Assembly (NCBI GenBank): GCA_000326865.1
Contig: KB095858.1
Location: forward strand, 2,994,051 to 3,058,050
Source: Helobdella robusta
Lineage: Eukaryota
Direction of reading: 5' to 3'
DNA: 64,000 nt
Numbering within the stretch: the first letter of the stretch is position 1; each line of letters begins with the position of its first letter. Below the pieces are notes generated by a model. That model did not search any database. It saw only the letters and a program-made list of their open reading frames with translations, and was not told where the DNA came from. The translations under genes were made by a program, and so were the position numbers. Shown one piece after another: positions 33,539-45,794 of the stretch.

Positions 33539-34514
33539 ACTATCATACACTTAAAATCGTTACATAATGACTTAACATTTATTTGCTATCGTTTATTAAT
33601 AATGTTTCTGATATAAACATTTTTGTTCGTCTGCCTTTTTTTATATCCTAATATCGTTTACCACAACGGTAGTTTAATTTTTTATCGAATCGTAGTTAAA
33701 ATGATTTGCAAGCTGAATGACTAATGGTGGACAGTACTCGGTGAAAATTGTGATATTAATTTGTAACGAAATTATTAAACTTTGTTTTAGAAAAATTAAT
33801 GCCAGAACTTCATTTTTCATTTATCGATATTTCCTTCAACAAACGATTGTTGAGTAGTTAAGCTGACGTTTGTTGAAGGGTGCGCCAGATATATAGGCTG
33901 CAACATTTTTGTATGTTTTTCTTGGCAAAGTAAAAGAATTTAATTTCGGTTTTTCAGAAATATTTTCAACAGTAAACAAATTTGCACCACATTATAATTT
34001 GAGAAGGAAATTTAAAAATTATAATTATATTATATTCAATTTATTTCGCCAAAAACATATTAATGATGAGAAAAAATATTTAATATATTTATAGCATCAT
34101 CATACATTTGACCAAGAGCAGTGCAGCGCAATGATATCAATTCGAATATTGTAAATATAGTAGAATCATTTATTGGAACATTGAGAAAATAAAAATGCTA
34201 TACATAACAACGACAATCGTGCCAAAAAAATAATTAACAAATGAAGCTAGTAACAAAATTAAACATTAATATAATTATAATATAAAACAATTCATCTAAT
34301 GGCATTTAAATTCAAATTAATTTAAACATTCATTCTCAACAATACGAACAAAACCAAACCAACAAATCAATGAACACAACATGATAACAATGTTCCTAAC
34401 GAAAAATTGATAACACAAAAAAAACCATTCCAAAAATGTTGTTTTTAACAGGACATAACATTTAGATTAAAACAACCAGTAACATAAAATACAATTTGAT
34501 AATTTTATGTAACA

Positions 34515-34625
34515 TTATTTTATATGGACATTTTTGAGTATCTTACTCTTCAATTGACCTTTCACAGTACACAAGGGCAGTGACCTCCACACCACCTTCA
34601 ACTCTTCGTCTGTTTTTAGGTCAGC
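34515..34625 (-). CDS. YARS1: Tyrosyl-tRNA synthetase exon 12, terminal (ADLKTDEELKVVWRSLPLCTVKGQLKSKILKNVHIK*)
   Basis: Matches the human C-terminus [34 protein letters not shown]. A ttcttag acceptor precedes it. Confidence 0.7.
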   Translation of the reverse strand, partial: ADLKTDEELKVVWRSLPLCTVKGQLKSKILKNVHIK

Positions 34626-34693
34626 CTAAGAAAAAAAAGTTGTTACGTATGCTATTTCCATAAAAAAAAAAACTAAAAAGGCCAGTTGCATAC

Positions 34694-34844
34694 CTGTAAT
34701 TTATCCCACACTTTCCTCTCCAGCTCGTTACTAGCGTCACATGCGTCCTCATGGTTACTAAGTTCATTAAAATGACCTTCTGTGAAAATTTTGTCACCAG
34801 GTTTGGAGCCCTCAGGTACTGATATTAACTCCGTCACTTTTTGT
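34694..34844 (-). CDS. YARS1: YARS exon 11 (QKVTELISVPEGSKPGDKIFTEGHFNELSNHEDACDASNELERKVWDKLQ)
   Basis: Matches human [55 protein letters not shown] donor ends it. Confidence 0.8.
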
Positions 34845-35006
34845 CTGTGTCGATAGGAGGTTAATAATTTTTTGTTGGGAAAAGTGATAAAAATAGAGAT
34901 TTCTTCGTAAACCAGAAAATAATCGGTGCGTTTTACTAAACAAAGAGTAAAACTATAAAAAAATAAACATAATGAAAGGGACTCAACCAGAAAAAGTACT
35001 ACCAAC

Positions 35007-35206
35007 TTGCCGACAGCGCAGAGCATAACAGCTTTCGATTCGACACCTTTCAGTAGGACAGGTTTCAAATTGCAGAGGAACATTCCCATCTTACCTCTCA
35101 GCTCCTCCTGGCTCAAAACATTTGCCAGAGCGGAAACAACAGATCGAGGACCTGATAAATCGCCAACATTCACAGTGCACACGTACAGACTGTTTGTCTC
35201 AGGATG
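35007..35206 (-). CDS. YARS1: YARS exon 10, EMAP-II/tRNA-binding OB domain (HPETNSLYVCTVNVGDLSGPRSVVSALANVLSQEELRGKMGMFLCNLKPVLLKGVESKAVMLCAVG)
   Basis: ORF 34673-35182. Matches human [64 protein letters not shown]. Confidence 0.85.
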
Positions 35207-35457
35207 CTGTGAGGAAAATGAACGTTGGAGTAACTATTTAGAAAAATGTGAATGTAATTATATCGGAGCAACTAACCATCTAGGGACGTGAATGTAACGA
35301 AATAAAATAAAGTAATTTAATTTAAAATTAGAAAACATATCCATGAATGAATGAGTTTGACTGCATTTGACTGCACAACAAACCTTATATCATACTAAGA
35401 CGCATGCTGTATGAATAAATGAAACAGTTAATAGGTAATAAGTAAATAAATAAATAC

Positions 35458-35531
35458 CTGTTTAACATCTTCAATCAATCCTACTCTGAGATCCATTAAG
35501 GAAGGTGAGAGATCGTCATCAACAACGTTGG
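35458..35531 (-). CDS. YARS1: YARS exon 9 (ANVVDDDLSPSLMDLRVGLIEDVKQ)
   Basis: Matches human [20 protein letters not shown]. Confidence 0.7.
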
Positions 35532-35635
35532 CTGTGTGGCAGCGTTATCAATGTTCACAAATAACGCTATCATTAATGATAGTATCATCATCACTATCAA
35601 GTATACATCGTCACCATCATAATCAAGACAATCAC

Positions 35636-35866
35636 CTTTTGTGTGGGCAGGCTTGCCAGCAGGATAGGCCTGTTGAATTAGTTTGATGTTCTCAGGAGTG
35701 GTGAAATCCTTCCTGATGGGTTCCAGCAAAACGTTGAGGTACTTTTCAATGGCACCTTTGAGGTCCCCTGGATGCACCTCTTGTTTGGCGAATGCAGTTT
35801 CTAGAGAATCGTAATCTTTGAATGTTAGTGTTCCTCCAAAACTTTCTGGTCGTTCTATTACGAAAT
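35636..35866 (-). CDS. YARS1: YARS exon 8 (DFVIERPESFGGTLTFKDYDSLETAFAKQEVHPGDLKGAIEKYLNVLLEPIRKDFTTPENIKLIQQAYPAGKPAHTK)
   Basis: ORF 35496-35777. Matches human [69 protein letters not shown]. Confidence 0.85.
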
Positions 35867-36106
35867 CTGTTTCAAGAAATGTTCATTTCAAACTGTTTAA
35901 ACTAGATCATTTATGTACATATATGTTGAATACTTTAAAAAGCCCTACTTAAAAGAGCAATTCTATAAGCAGATCTTAAACAAAAATCCAAATGTTCTAA
36001 TTGAAAAGTTTCAAGTGTTAAATATATGCAAATTTCATCCATCATTAATATCAAAAACAGTGTTAGTAACACAAAAAATCATTCACAAATCTCAAAAACA
36101 AGCAAC

Positions 36107-36289
36107 CTTTTCCAGAATTAAGAGGAAAGAGGACAGATTTAGTGAATGCAAGGATGCCATTGTTCTCGATGTTTCCAGGCTCACAAAATGCTTTTTTAAG
36201 TTTCTTCTTTAAACTGGCGCTGGAATCCAGAAGATCAATTTTTGAGTCTTCCTCCGAGGAACTCATCTTTGTTCCAGTTAGACCAGGGA
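36107..36289 (-). CDS. YARS1: YARS exon 7 ([61 protein letters not shown])
   Basis: ORF 36063-36266. Matches human [60 protein letters not shown]. Confidence 0.9.
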
Positions 36290-36531
36290 CTGTGAGAGAT
36301 GGTGATGTTTTTGTGAGGGTGTGTAAGTGTGAATGAAAAGATGACGATGTTTTGTGAGGGTGTGTGTAACAGAAAGATAGTGAAGGGGTAATGAAAATAG
36401 GCTGTAGAAAAGTTTATAAATAAATGAGGTAGAAATAAGTTTGGTGGAATAAAATCAGGTCTGATAATATCCAACAGTGTTTCAACATCATAATTTTATA
36501 TAAAAAAAGAAGCATAATTGGAATAGCTAAC

Positions 36532-36583
36532 CCATGGGATTCATCAGATGAATTCTCTTCTCATATCCCAAGGCAGGCATGTA
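36532..36583 (-). CDS. YARS1: YARS exon 6 (YMPALGYEKRIHLMNPM)
   Basis: Matches human YLPALGYSKRVHLMNPM. Confidence 0.85.
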
Positions 36584-36782
36584 CTAGAAACAGCAGAATA
36601 AAATTTTTGAAGGATTCATTCTACTGAATTGCTACTCTAAATAAATTGCTATCATTTATTACCAATAATGTAACAATTAATGATTAAATCGTACAAAACA
36701 TGCAATCTATTACTATTAAAAAACTATAAATATATGTTTAAAAATAAAAAAAATACAAAAGGTAGAGAAAATGATTGAGTAC

Positions 36783-36863
36783 CTTTTCAGCAAAGACAAA
36801 AATTTTCCTCTGATCAACACCACCAAACTGGGCATCAACTTTCAGGTACTCTTCATCTAAAGC
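36783..36863 (-). CDS. YARS1: YARS exon 5 ([27 protein letters not shown])
   Basis: Identical over [15 protein letters not shown](I/V)DQRKIF(T/V)FAEK to human. Confidence 0.9.
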
Positions 36864-36937
36864 CTTCATGTATGTATGAAAAGTGACATTATGTGGTCAG
36901 ATAAGAAGTTATTCAGCTTACATATCAATTAACGATA

Positions 36938-36992
36938 CAACCAACCAACCAACCAACCATACAATCAACTAACCAACCAACCAACCAACCTG
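36938..36992. repeat. (CAAC)n / (GTTG)n on the minus strand, starting at the YARS exon-4 donor (CAG|gttggttggttgg...)
   Basis: direct read. Confidence 0.9.
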
Positions 36993-37119
36993 CAGACCAG
37001 GATAGAGCAAGCCACTGAGAAGTGCATTATCAACCTGTTTGACAACCTCAGCTCCCGCCTTCTTTGCATCATGTTCTGTTACAATGGTGGCCATTTTGTA
37101 CACATCCATCGTGTATTCT
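36990..37119 (-). CDS. YARS1: YARS exon 4 ([44 protein letters not shown])
   Basis: Matches human [44 protein letters not shown]. Confidence 0.9.
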
Positions 37120-37380
37120 CTATGTGTACGTGAGTGTACAATTGAATATGAACATAAGTGTGCATAATTTTGTACAAACTTTTACAGATGATGTGATACA
37201 CCAATAAATAATTCCAAGACTAGAATAATTTTCCATATATAGGCACACAAAATGTATGTTTATTTGGAAAAATTCCATTTCATGACATAGTCTTGCACGA
37301 ATGCATATTCATAATTATCATTGATGATTAATGAAAAAAACTGACATACAGTCTTGCGCAAATGCATGTGAACTACAGAC

Positions 37381-37556
37381 TTTGATAATTGGTAATCAGT
37401 TCCTCTGACAAACTTCAACTTTTCAAGAGGCACTCCAATGCTGGTGAGCATGGACTTGATGATCCGCTCGTAGTAAAGAGTTCGAAACTGCACTGTCTCC
37501 CACGAGGCCTTCAAGTTGTCCAGCACCGCATGCAGGTCTGCCAACAGGATTGTTAC
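37381..37556 (-). CDS. YARS1: YARS exon 3 ([58 protein letters not shown])
   Basis: ORF 37260-37628. Matches human [58 protein letters not shown]. Confidence 0.9.
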
Positions 37557-37770
37557 CTGGTTGAAAACAAATGAATTTAAAAAAAAAAAAACTTCATAAT
37601 GTTCTTTAAGGTTTGAGACCAAACACATAAAAAAAGCACTATAAAAAATAATTTATTAAATTTTAAAAATTTTAATGATTTATTATAATTTTAAACTTTA
37701 AACATTTAAAGTTTAAATTTAAACAAAATAAATACTTTAAAAATAGTTTTTAAATTTAGTATCCTCCCAC

Positions 37771-37917
37771 CTCACAGCCTGCTTTCAGAAAATCGGCAAT
37801 CTTGCACATGGGTACAAAGTAGGCTATGTGGGGTTTGCCAGTTGTGGCAGTCCCCCAATACACCTTCAAATCCCGCTCCTTCAGGATTGAGATCAACTTT
37901 TCCTGCCCTATGACCTC
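37771..37917 (-). CDS. YARS1: YARS exon 2 with the class-I signature region ([49 protein letters not shown])
   Basis: Matches human [49 protein letters not shown]. Confidence 0.9.
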
Positions 37918-38104
37918 CTGTTGTAAGAATTCATAATTACTAATTTGATCATTTTAACTTTAATTTATTAATTAATTACAATGAAACACACAGACACACA
38001 CACACAGACGCATACACGCATGTAAAAAAATTTGGAGATGATGAAATCAATTCAGTCCCGACATGATCTGTGAGAAAGTTTAATAATGTACAAAAATGAA
38101 ATAC

Positions 38105-38143
38105 CTGTAGATTTCTTGTTATGAATTCTAACTTTGTCTCCAT
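38105..38143 (-). CDS. YARS1: YARS exon 1 (METKLEFITRNLQ; ATG complement at 38141-38143)
   Basis: Matches human ..[22 protein letters not shown] donor ends it. Confidence 0.8.
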
Positions 38144-38695
38144 TTTCAATAATTGCCGGAACGAGTTTTATGTGAAATATTGATGAAATTTCCTATATAG
38201 CGATAATACACCACTGAAAAATAAACAGATGGCATAGAACTTGAAGTTATTTTTAAATAATATTCGGTTTTCGTTTTTTAAATTGTTGATATCGTTGAAA
38301 TCTATTAAATAAGCTTGAAATAAATATAAAAAATCTTGCTAATAATACAATTTTTTAATAATAACATTTAAATTTTTACTTTTCAAGCGTTTTCTTTCAA
38401 GATTGTGAAAGTTGATTGCCATAGCAACCAAACTGGCTCAGCTGAGTGCGATTTACGTTGCCGTTAATGTAGTAATGGTTAATTGTATTAATTATAATGT
38501 TTATAGATCAATTTTTGATTAATCTGCAAATGAATTTAAAATAAATAAATCAATACTTTCAAAAAGTAACTGACTCATTTAGTTTGCAACATTTTTTTTC
38601 ATAATTTATAACATTTCAAAAATCCGCTTAGTTAGATTTTGGCTGCATTATTGTCGTTGTTTAAAAAATTGTGTGCTCCCCCAAAAAATCCAAAA
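38144..38695. promoter_or_regulatory. Divergent promoter region shared by YARS (minus strand) and the unrecognised gene (plus strand)
   Basis: The start codons lie 552 bp apart on opposite strands. Confidence 0.45.
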
Positions 38696-38923
38696 ATGGA
38701 AGAAGAAACAGGAGTATTATTTGATGATTTAAAAGTAGGAAAAATATATCAAGACCCAGAAATGCTGAAAAGTAAACTTCCACAGCCATACCGCATGCTC
38801 GACAAACTGTTGAACAACATATATGATAACATTTGGGAGGAGATAAAGTGCATTGAAGATAAGAAAGAACGAATGAGAAGGAGGTTCAAACCGCCAGATC
38901 TTCCGTTTGCCGCACTTATCAGG
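38696..38923 (+). CDS. Unrecognised gene exon 1 (MEEETGVLFDDLKVGKIYQDPEMLKSKLPQPYRMLDKLLNNIYDNIWEEIKCIEDKKERMRRRFKPPDLPFAALIR)
   Basis: ATG at 38696 within ORF 38639-38962. An AGG|GTTTGT donor ends it. Confidence 0.55.
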
Positions 38924-39119
38924 GTTTGTTTGATCGCTTTTGAATTTTTAGTTTTAAAATAGTCATTGTTGTTTCATTTTCTTTCCACAATATGTTCATA
39001 TAATCCTCTGATTGAATTAATTGCGATTGAGAACTTTTCAATAGTTCCACGAAAGATTCTTTCAAATCATTATTCAATCAAATTATTTAGTAGAGCTTTC
39101 ACACACACACACTCGCTAG

Positions 39120-39366
39120 CCTTATTCCAACGTAACAACCATTGCTACATGTGGCGGGATGGACAACTACTTAATAGTTGGTCTGACTAACGGCCTGTCG
39201 GTAGTCTACTACAAAAATGGCCGGCAGTTGTCCATAGCGCGGTGGGTCGATGAAGAAGCAAGTGTTGTTGAAATTCAAGTCGCTAGAATTCCAGGCAGGT
39301 GTTGTCAGCTGATCAGTGCTGTCGATGGGAAAGGTGCTTCGTTGTTGTTTTGTGATGAGGTTTCCG
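39120..39366 (+). CDS. Unrecognised gene exon 2 (PYSNVTTIATCGGMDNYLIVGLTNGLSVVYYKNGRQLSIARWVDEEASVVEIQVARIPGRCCQLISAVDGKGASLLFCDEVS..); the 3' end is uncertain
   Basis: A cgctag acceptor in phase 0 precedes it, within ORF 39159-39401. Beta-strand-like composition. Confidence 0.4.
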
Positions 39367-40159
39367 GTTCATATCTTTGCTATCTTTATTTATTCATTTG
39401 ATTTTTATTCTAATTCGAAGTTATTTTACCGTATTATGATCGAATTTTGAAATGTTTTTTCAGGATTGTTGAGAATATTTCTTTACATGGGAAGTATCTT
39501 GTTTCTGGTAAACTCATTCAAGGTGCTTGTTCGTTTGTTTATTAGTTCGTTTGTCTGTTTGTTCACTTGTTTGTTTGTATTAGTGAAATTAAACTTTTCT
39601 TTTGTTTTTCAACGATTGCATTTTGAATTGTACTCACAACGTATCATTAAGCAGCAAAACAACGTACGTGTTAATTAGTATCAAATTTTTGTATACAGTA
39701 ATGTTAGAGTTGTTTAAATTAATTTCTGTTTAGAGGAAAATTTCTGACTTTTATTTTTCAGACGAGCAACAGAGTCTTCTCAACGAAATTATCATCGGAC
39801 GCGAGTTACCTCGGCGCCGTCACTGAACTTCAACAACGTCTGCTGCTTCATTTAAATTTTTCACTATTGCACGATTTTTTTTTCTGATTGATTTTGTCAA
39901 AAAAAATCTAGAAAAGTATGCCCTAATGTAGAATTTCAGTTTATGCTGATCTTTAAATAATAAACCTCGAACTACCTTCTCTTCATAAAAACTATCGTCT
40001 CTTTGGATATCATCAGTTTCAATGGCAACACACACATTTGCACATGTGCCCACAAATGTATCAGTAGAATAACCAATTATATTATCAACAATTATTAATA
40101 TTACTATTCTTATTATTATCATCATTTATTACTATTTAAAAAAAAAATTGAAATCTCAG

Positions 40160-40254
40160 CAAGCGAGAGAGTGCAATACAAGCTGAACGTGTACTGGTTG
40201 CCTCATGAGGACTGGTCTATAAAGCTGGAGTCATTTGATAAGAAAACATTGAAG
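40160..40254 (+). CDS. Unrecognised gene penultimate exon (SERVQYKLNVYWLPHEDWSIKLESFDKKTLK)
   Basis: Bounded by a tctcag acceptor and an AAG|GTGAGT donor. Confidence 0.45.
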
Positions 40255-40409
40255 GTGAGTAATTAGGTTGTTAAAGTCTTGCCGAACCATAGTTTAAATA
40301 AAATGGTGAATTATTTTTTGTTGTGCAGTTTTTTGAGTTAATGATAATAACTTTATCTCAATGATGTTAACACCATTTTGTTGAATACAAATTTCGGCTT
40401 TACTTGCAG

Positions 40410-40457
40410 TTGCGCCTTTACCGGCTTCGACTGCACAAAGAATCTCGATTACAGTGA
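40410..40457 (+). CDS. Unrecognised gene terminal exon (LRLYRLRLHKESRLQ*)
   Basis: A tacttgcag acceptor precedes it. TGA stop. Confidence 0.4.
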   Translation: MRLYRLRLHKESRLQ

Positions 40458-40861
40458 TGTGAGTTTATATGGCCGATTCAAATTACAAAAAGATAGATTA
40501 GATTGGAGAGTGAAAAAATTAAAATACTTCAACAACAAGAAAAATTGACAAGCTTTTTCATTTTTTTGAAAACTACAAATTTAAGCAATTAGCAAAGGCA
40601 AAACTTCTTTTGTCAACGTAAAATCTCTTAAAAGTGAAATTGAACTAAAAATTTAAATGTTAAATTAAACCACGTCAACAAAAATTTCAAATATTTTAAA
40701 AACAGTTCAATAAAACGAATTTTAAAATTGAAATTCCTAAATTATTTAATGTCCATAATTTCTTCAATCAGACTGACGATGATGAAGACATGTGCAGCGG
40801 TGATGATGGTATGAAGTCTGACAACAAAAACAATCCAGCTAAATCCAAGGTTTTATAAACA

Positions 40862-40935
40862 CACACACGCACGCACACACGCACGCACACACACACACAT
40901 ACACACACATACATACACACACATACATACATACA
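40862..40935. repeat. (CA)n/(CACG)/(CATA) compound microsatellite; marks the start of the repeat-rich block
   Basis: direct read. Confidence 0.9.
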
Positions 40936-41691
40936 GAACGTTGTGTCAGATCTAGATCTAGCTCCTCCTACTTTTATGTTCAACGTCAATCAACCCAAAA
41001 AAGCAACCGGTTAAATTTTGATGATAACGATTGCGATGATGATGATAATGATGATGGTGGTGGTGATTGTGATGGTGACGATTGTATTTATGATGGTTAT
41101 GTAAGCGTGATGATGATTGTGACTATGAAGATAATGTGAGTTGAGTATGGTGATTTAGATGATGACTGCATGCCGATATGACATTGTAGTCATAACTATG
41201 GTGATGAAGATGATAGTGACATAAGAATCTGTAAAGATGACGATGACGACGATAAGCAAACGCAACGGTGGTAGCCGCAATGACGTCGGAGGAGAGGTGA
41301 TTACGATAATATCTCTAATGCAATTAGTTTCTAAGAATACTGACAATGGCGATAAGGAGATTAGGACTGACATTCTTACGTACGCATATCATCAGTCATT
41401 CGAAGCAAATACCTAACCATGCAAATACCCAACTGTACAAATACCCATTTACATACACTCTTCTCACACTCACGCCAAAATTCACGCGCGCACACACACA
41501 CAGACACACACACACACACACACACATACAATCACGTGCATTGTATTGTCCTATGTAATTACGTATGTACCAGCCCATGGTTAAAAACAACAGTCATAAA
41601 AGCCATCCTTATGCAAACATAGGTAATGCAGTTGTCTGCTAATTTATAAATACGTGTATACAAGTGTTAAATATATAAACATATCACACAT

Positions 41692-41730
<39 letters not shown>

Positions 41731-42289
41731 GTATATGTATGTATACTGATATAAACAAACATACAAATGCACACATATGCAAACACACACACACACATAT
41801 ATACATACAAACATACAAATTCACATACATGCAAACATACAAACTCACATACAAACTCACATACATACACACACACAGCACAGAAATCGGTTGATCTGCA
41901 GGAGATGTCCTTGAAAATCCGGCCATCATCATCACCGTCATCGTCATCATCATCATCAGACATTAAAGTTGGATTTGGTTACAAGAGCGTCATCACTCAC
42001 AACTACATTAAAAACAAGTTAATGAACTATTTTTATGACGTCATTTTTCGGCTGTTGTTGTTTACCTTTTGTTTTATAAGTCCGCGCGTGTAAATATGGA
42101 TGTATAAGTGGCGTAATGGTTCGCACGTACAATGTGCCTGGTGTGTGGGTTTGCGCGCTCTCACATGTGCGTATGTGCTGTAATTGGTATTCTTAAGAAT
42201 TAATTAAGAAAGAAATGATGATAGTAGGACGATATAACCAGTAGAGTATTAGGAAACAGACGGAAGAAATTTTATCTTATGATATGATA

Positions 42290-42352
42290 CGATACGATAC
42301 GATATGATATGATATGATATATGATATGATATGATATGATATGATATGATAC
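42290..42352. repeat. (GATAC/GATAT)n pentanucleotide array
   Basis: direct read. Confidence 0.9.
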
Positions 42353-42473
42353 GATTGTCTGACTGGTTTCGTTTGTCTTTCGCTAAAAAAATTCTAGTAT
42401 GGAAGAAATATTTACACGGAATGCGGAATGATGATTTGAAAATTTGAAATTTGATAGTATTAATAATATTAAC

Positions 42474-42475
<2 letters not shown>

Positions 42476-42564
<89 letters not shown>

Positions 42565-42600
42565 TGGAAAGAGAAAGAGAGAGAAAGAGAGAGAGAAAGA
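42476..42600. repeat. (GA)n about 85 bp, then (GAGAAA)n
   Basis: direct read. Confidence 0.95.
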
Positions 42601-42801
42601 GATGGTTATATGCATAGATGTTGACATGTTGACAATTAAAATGTTGGTCTATTATTATATTATTATCATTATCATTATAAATTATTATTTGTTATTATTA
42701 TCATTCAACTTAGAACAAACTCACTTGCCCTAAAGCATTGGAAGAAAATAGAACTCATTGAACACTTCGAAAGATCAAATTATTTAGAGGGCTGCTTCAT
42801 A

Positions 42802-42805
<4 letters not shown>

Positions 42806-42839
<34 letters not shown>

Positions 42840-42860
42840 TGATGATGATGATGATGATAG
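42806..42860. repeat. (AAT)n followed by (GAT)n
   Basis: direct read. Confidence 0.95.
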
Positions 42861-43017
42861 AAAGACCCAAAGGAAGAAGAAAATAAGGAAAGTGGATAGC
42901 GTAAGGAAGTGGCTGAACTGCAGTAGTTGCGGCGAGGCTGTTGATGATTTAGTTCGTACAGACAGGTGGAAAGAATGTTCTTACTTTTTATCATTATCAT
43001 CACTACTACTCTCATCG

Positions 43018-43445
43018 AATGAATGTAGTGAATGAATGAATGAATGAATGAATGAATGAATGAATGAATGAATGAAGTGAATGAATGAATGAAGTGATTG
43101 AATGAATGAAGTGATTGAATGAATGAATGAATGAAGTGATTAAATGAATGAATGAATGAATGAATGAATAAATGAATGAATGAATGAATGAAATGATTGA
43201 TTGAATGAATGAATGAATGAATGAAGTGATTGAATGAATGAATGAAGTGAATGAATGAATGAATGAATGAATGAATGAATGAATGAATGAATGAATGAAT
43301 GAAGTGATTGAATGAATGAATGAATGAATGAATGAATGAAGTGATTGAATGAATGAGTGAATGAATGAATGAATGAAGTGATTGAATGAATGAGTGAATG
43401 AATGAATGAATGAAGTGATTGAATGAATGAATGAATGAATGAATG
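43018..43445. repeat. (GAAT)n array of about 430 bp, with periodic GAAGTGATT(G/A)AAT interruptions giving a higher-order pattern
   Basis: direct read. Confidence 0.9.
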
Positions 43446-43499
43446 AATGATTGAATTAATGAATTAATGCATCTATAAATAATTTAAATATCAATCCAT

Positions 43500-43546
43500 T
43501 TTTCAATCAATCAATCAATCAATCAACAAACCAATCAATCAACCAA
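43500..43546. repeat. (CAAT)n / (CAATCAAC) array
   Basis: direct read. Confidence 0.9.
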
Positions 43547-44949
43547 TCATTAAATGCCTGACAATTACAATCTCCATTCAGCCATCCCCAGTTCTATTTC
43601 CACAGTGACAGAGCAGGTTCCATTGTTTGCATTTTAAACATAACTCTCATCACTAACCATGCGTAAATTTATGATGTAGTAGAGTTTGTTACTGCAGACA
43701 GTTTGCAATTGCAATCAAATACAATTTAAATAAAAAATATTTTATGTAAAAGCTAAATTATTCAAAAATAAAATAAATGAAAAATTGGAATAGTAACAAA
43801 AAGTAAGACAAAATTGCTACGATTAAACGCGGAAAGTTTTGAATTGTAAAATTAATGTAGGTATGAAATGGAATGGAATGAAGTTTGACGTTTCAGCGAG
43901 GCGTACGTACTCCAATGCATCTAATTGCATTTTTTGGGCAACCATTGAAAAGCTGAATACATTTGGAATAAATTTGTTTTGAAATTTGACTCGTTTTCAT
44001 TTTTAAAATATAGAAAATTTTGTTGTTGTTTCTTGTTTGTGATCATTCAATTATTTTTTGACATTTCAGTTCATAGTTTAGTATATATTCCTCTTTTAAT
44101 TTTTAGCTTACATGTATTCATTTTTATTTTTTGGCCTCTTTCATTCCTTTTTTGGGCGTTCCATTGTTCATTGATGGATGAACTTTATTTTAGTTTATTT
44201 TATTATTTTATTCTGTCTGTTGCTCTTCATTCGTTCACCTTTTTCAATTCATTTTTTTGACTTTTGACTTAACATTTAAACGAATTATTAATGAATTTAT
44301 TTAAATTGAACTCTGTTCATCATTTATTCATTCATTTATTCGTCCATGCATTCATCCCTCCATCCATGCATTCATCCCTCCATCCATCATTATACTCAGG
44401 TGCCACAGATCTTTATGTTCATTGGTTATTTCATTCGGAGATTGTGCTGTATAATTTAGAAGCCCTCCCACCTGCCACAACAACCACAACAACTTCTGCT
44501 GCTGCTACTACTGCTGCTACTACTGCTGCTGCCGATGTTGCAGATAGCAGTATGTGAATAGTTGTATATATTTCATTTTTTGTGGATGTGTGTGCGTACG
44601 TGTGTAATTAAATGAATTCTTAAAAACGCCGCTTTCATTGAATTTCCACGTATCTGTTAATGAAAAGAAACAACGCTCCATAAAATGTGATGAAGAAATA
44701 TTTCCAAATGAACATTCATTTTACAACATTCAGGGAAATTTACAAACATTTCTTCGCAAAGAGGAGCATATGAAAAACAAAACGTGACCGTTTTAGCCTC
44801 CATGTAAGAAAAAAAAACGCGAAAAATTTTCCGTATTCATTCGCCGGAAAGAGATGTAGATAAATAAAAATATAGCAGCTGACAGATATAATGAATATAA
44901 TGCGTGGATCGTGTTGACGGCAGGCGCTGAGTTGTTACGGGTGCTCATC

Positions 44950-45085
44950 GCTGCCATCCCTGCCTGCTATATTTATCACTGGCCCATCCAATTATTGCCT
45001 GAAGGCTCGGTAAACATAGGTTGGCATATAAACCCATTAGTACATGCCCGTGGGAAAGATGCCTGTCTCTCTGGCTAGTTAATTT
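44950..45085 (+). pseudogene. 5S rRNA-like diverged sequence (possible 5S pseudogene or 5S-derived SINE)
   Basis: Local GC spike. GCTGCCATCCCTGCCTGC resembles GGCCATACCACCCTGAACGC. TTAGTACATGCCCGTGGGAAAGATGCCTG...CTGGCTAG resembles the 5S segment TTAGTACTTGGATGGGAGACCGCCTGG...CTGTAGGC. This is a by-eye comparison. Confidence 0.3.
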
Positions 45086-45639
45086 CATGCAACCTGTCTG
45101 GTTGCCGAGCGCCCTGTCTATCTTCATTTCATACTGTCTCCTCGCTTTTATTTTTCTGATGTAACGCCTCTTTTTATCTGGTTATTATTAGTATGACTAT
45201 AATTTTTACAACAATTTTTCTAATGTTCTGTTGAGCTTTCTGTTATATTCTTTCGTTTATTATTCACAAGTTTTGTTTTGTTTGTTTGCATACGTTTTTC
45301 AAGTCAGGCGCGTAAAACCTGTTAGATTTTCAGTACGGAGTGACACGCACATAAATAAATTCAACAGCCTGGTATATGTGTGTGCTTTCCTTGTTCGCCC
45401 TCACCAAACGCAAAAAAGATAATTTATTTCCCGCCAATTTTGACACTTTTCGTGCAATTTTCAGGCACGACATTTGTGGAAAAAATATACTTTCACACAT
45501 ACGGACCGCAGCAGCTACTATATTTTCTTCTTGCGGGCGTCAGGCTGACAGTGAAACATTCACCCTCTCGTGCTAAAATGCTGGACCACACTGCTACATG
45601 CGATGATAGGAAAATAAAAATGTTTACTCAACATAATAA

Positions 45640-45730
45640 TAATAATAGTAATTATTATTAGTAGTAGTAGTAGTAGCAAAAGTAGTAGTAGTAGCAGCAG
45701 TAGTAACAGTAGCAGTAGTAGTAGCAACAG
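45640..45730. repeat. (AGT/AGC)n trinucleotide array
   Basis: direct read. Confidence 0.9.
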
Positions 45731-45794
45731 AAGTAACTTTATTGATGGAACATGTTGCCAAACAAAAACAGGGAACGGTCCATTCCCGAACGTC

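Larger units (their letters stand above)
34515..38143 (-). other. YARS1: Gene span: cytoplasmic tyrosyl-tRNA synthetase with C-terminal EMAP-II-like domain (metazoan-type YARS1), 12 exons
   Basis: End-to-end collinearity with human YARS1 (recalled). Splice phases are consistent. Confidence 0.9.
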
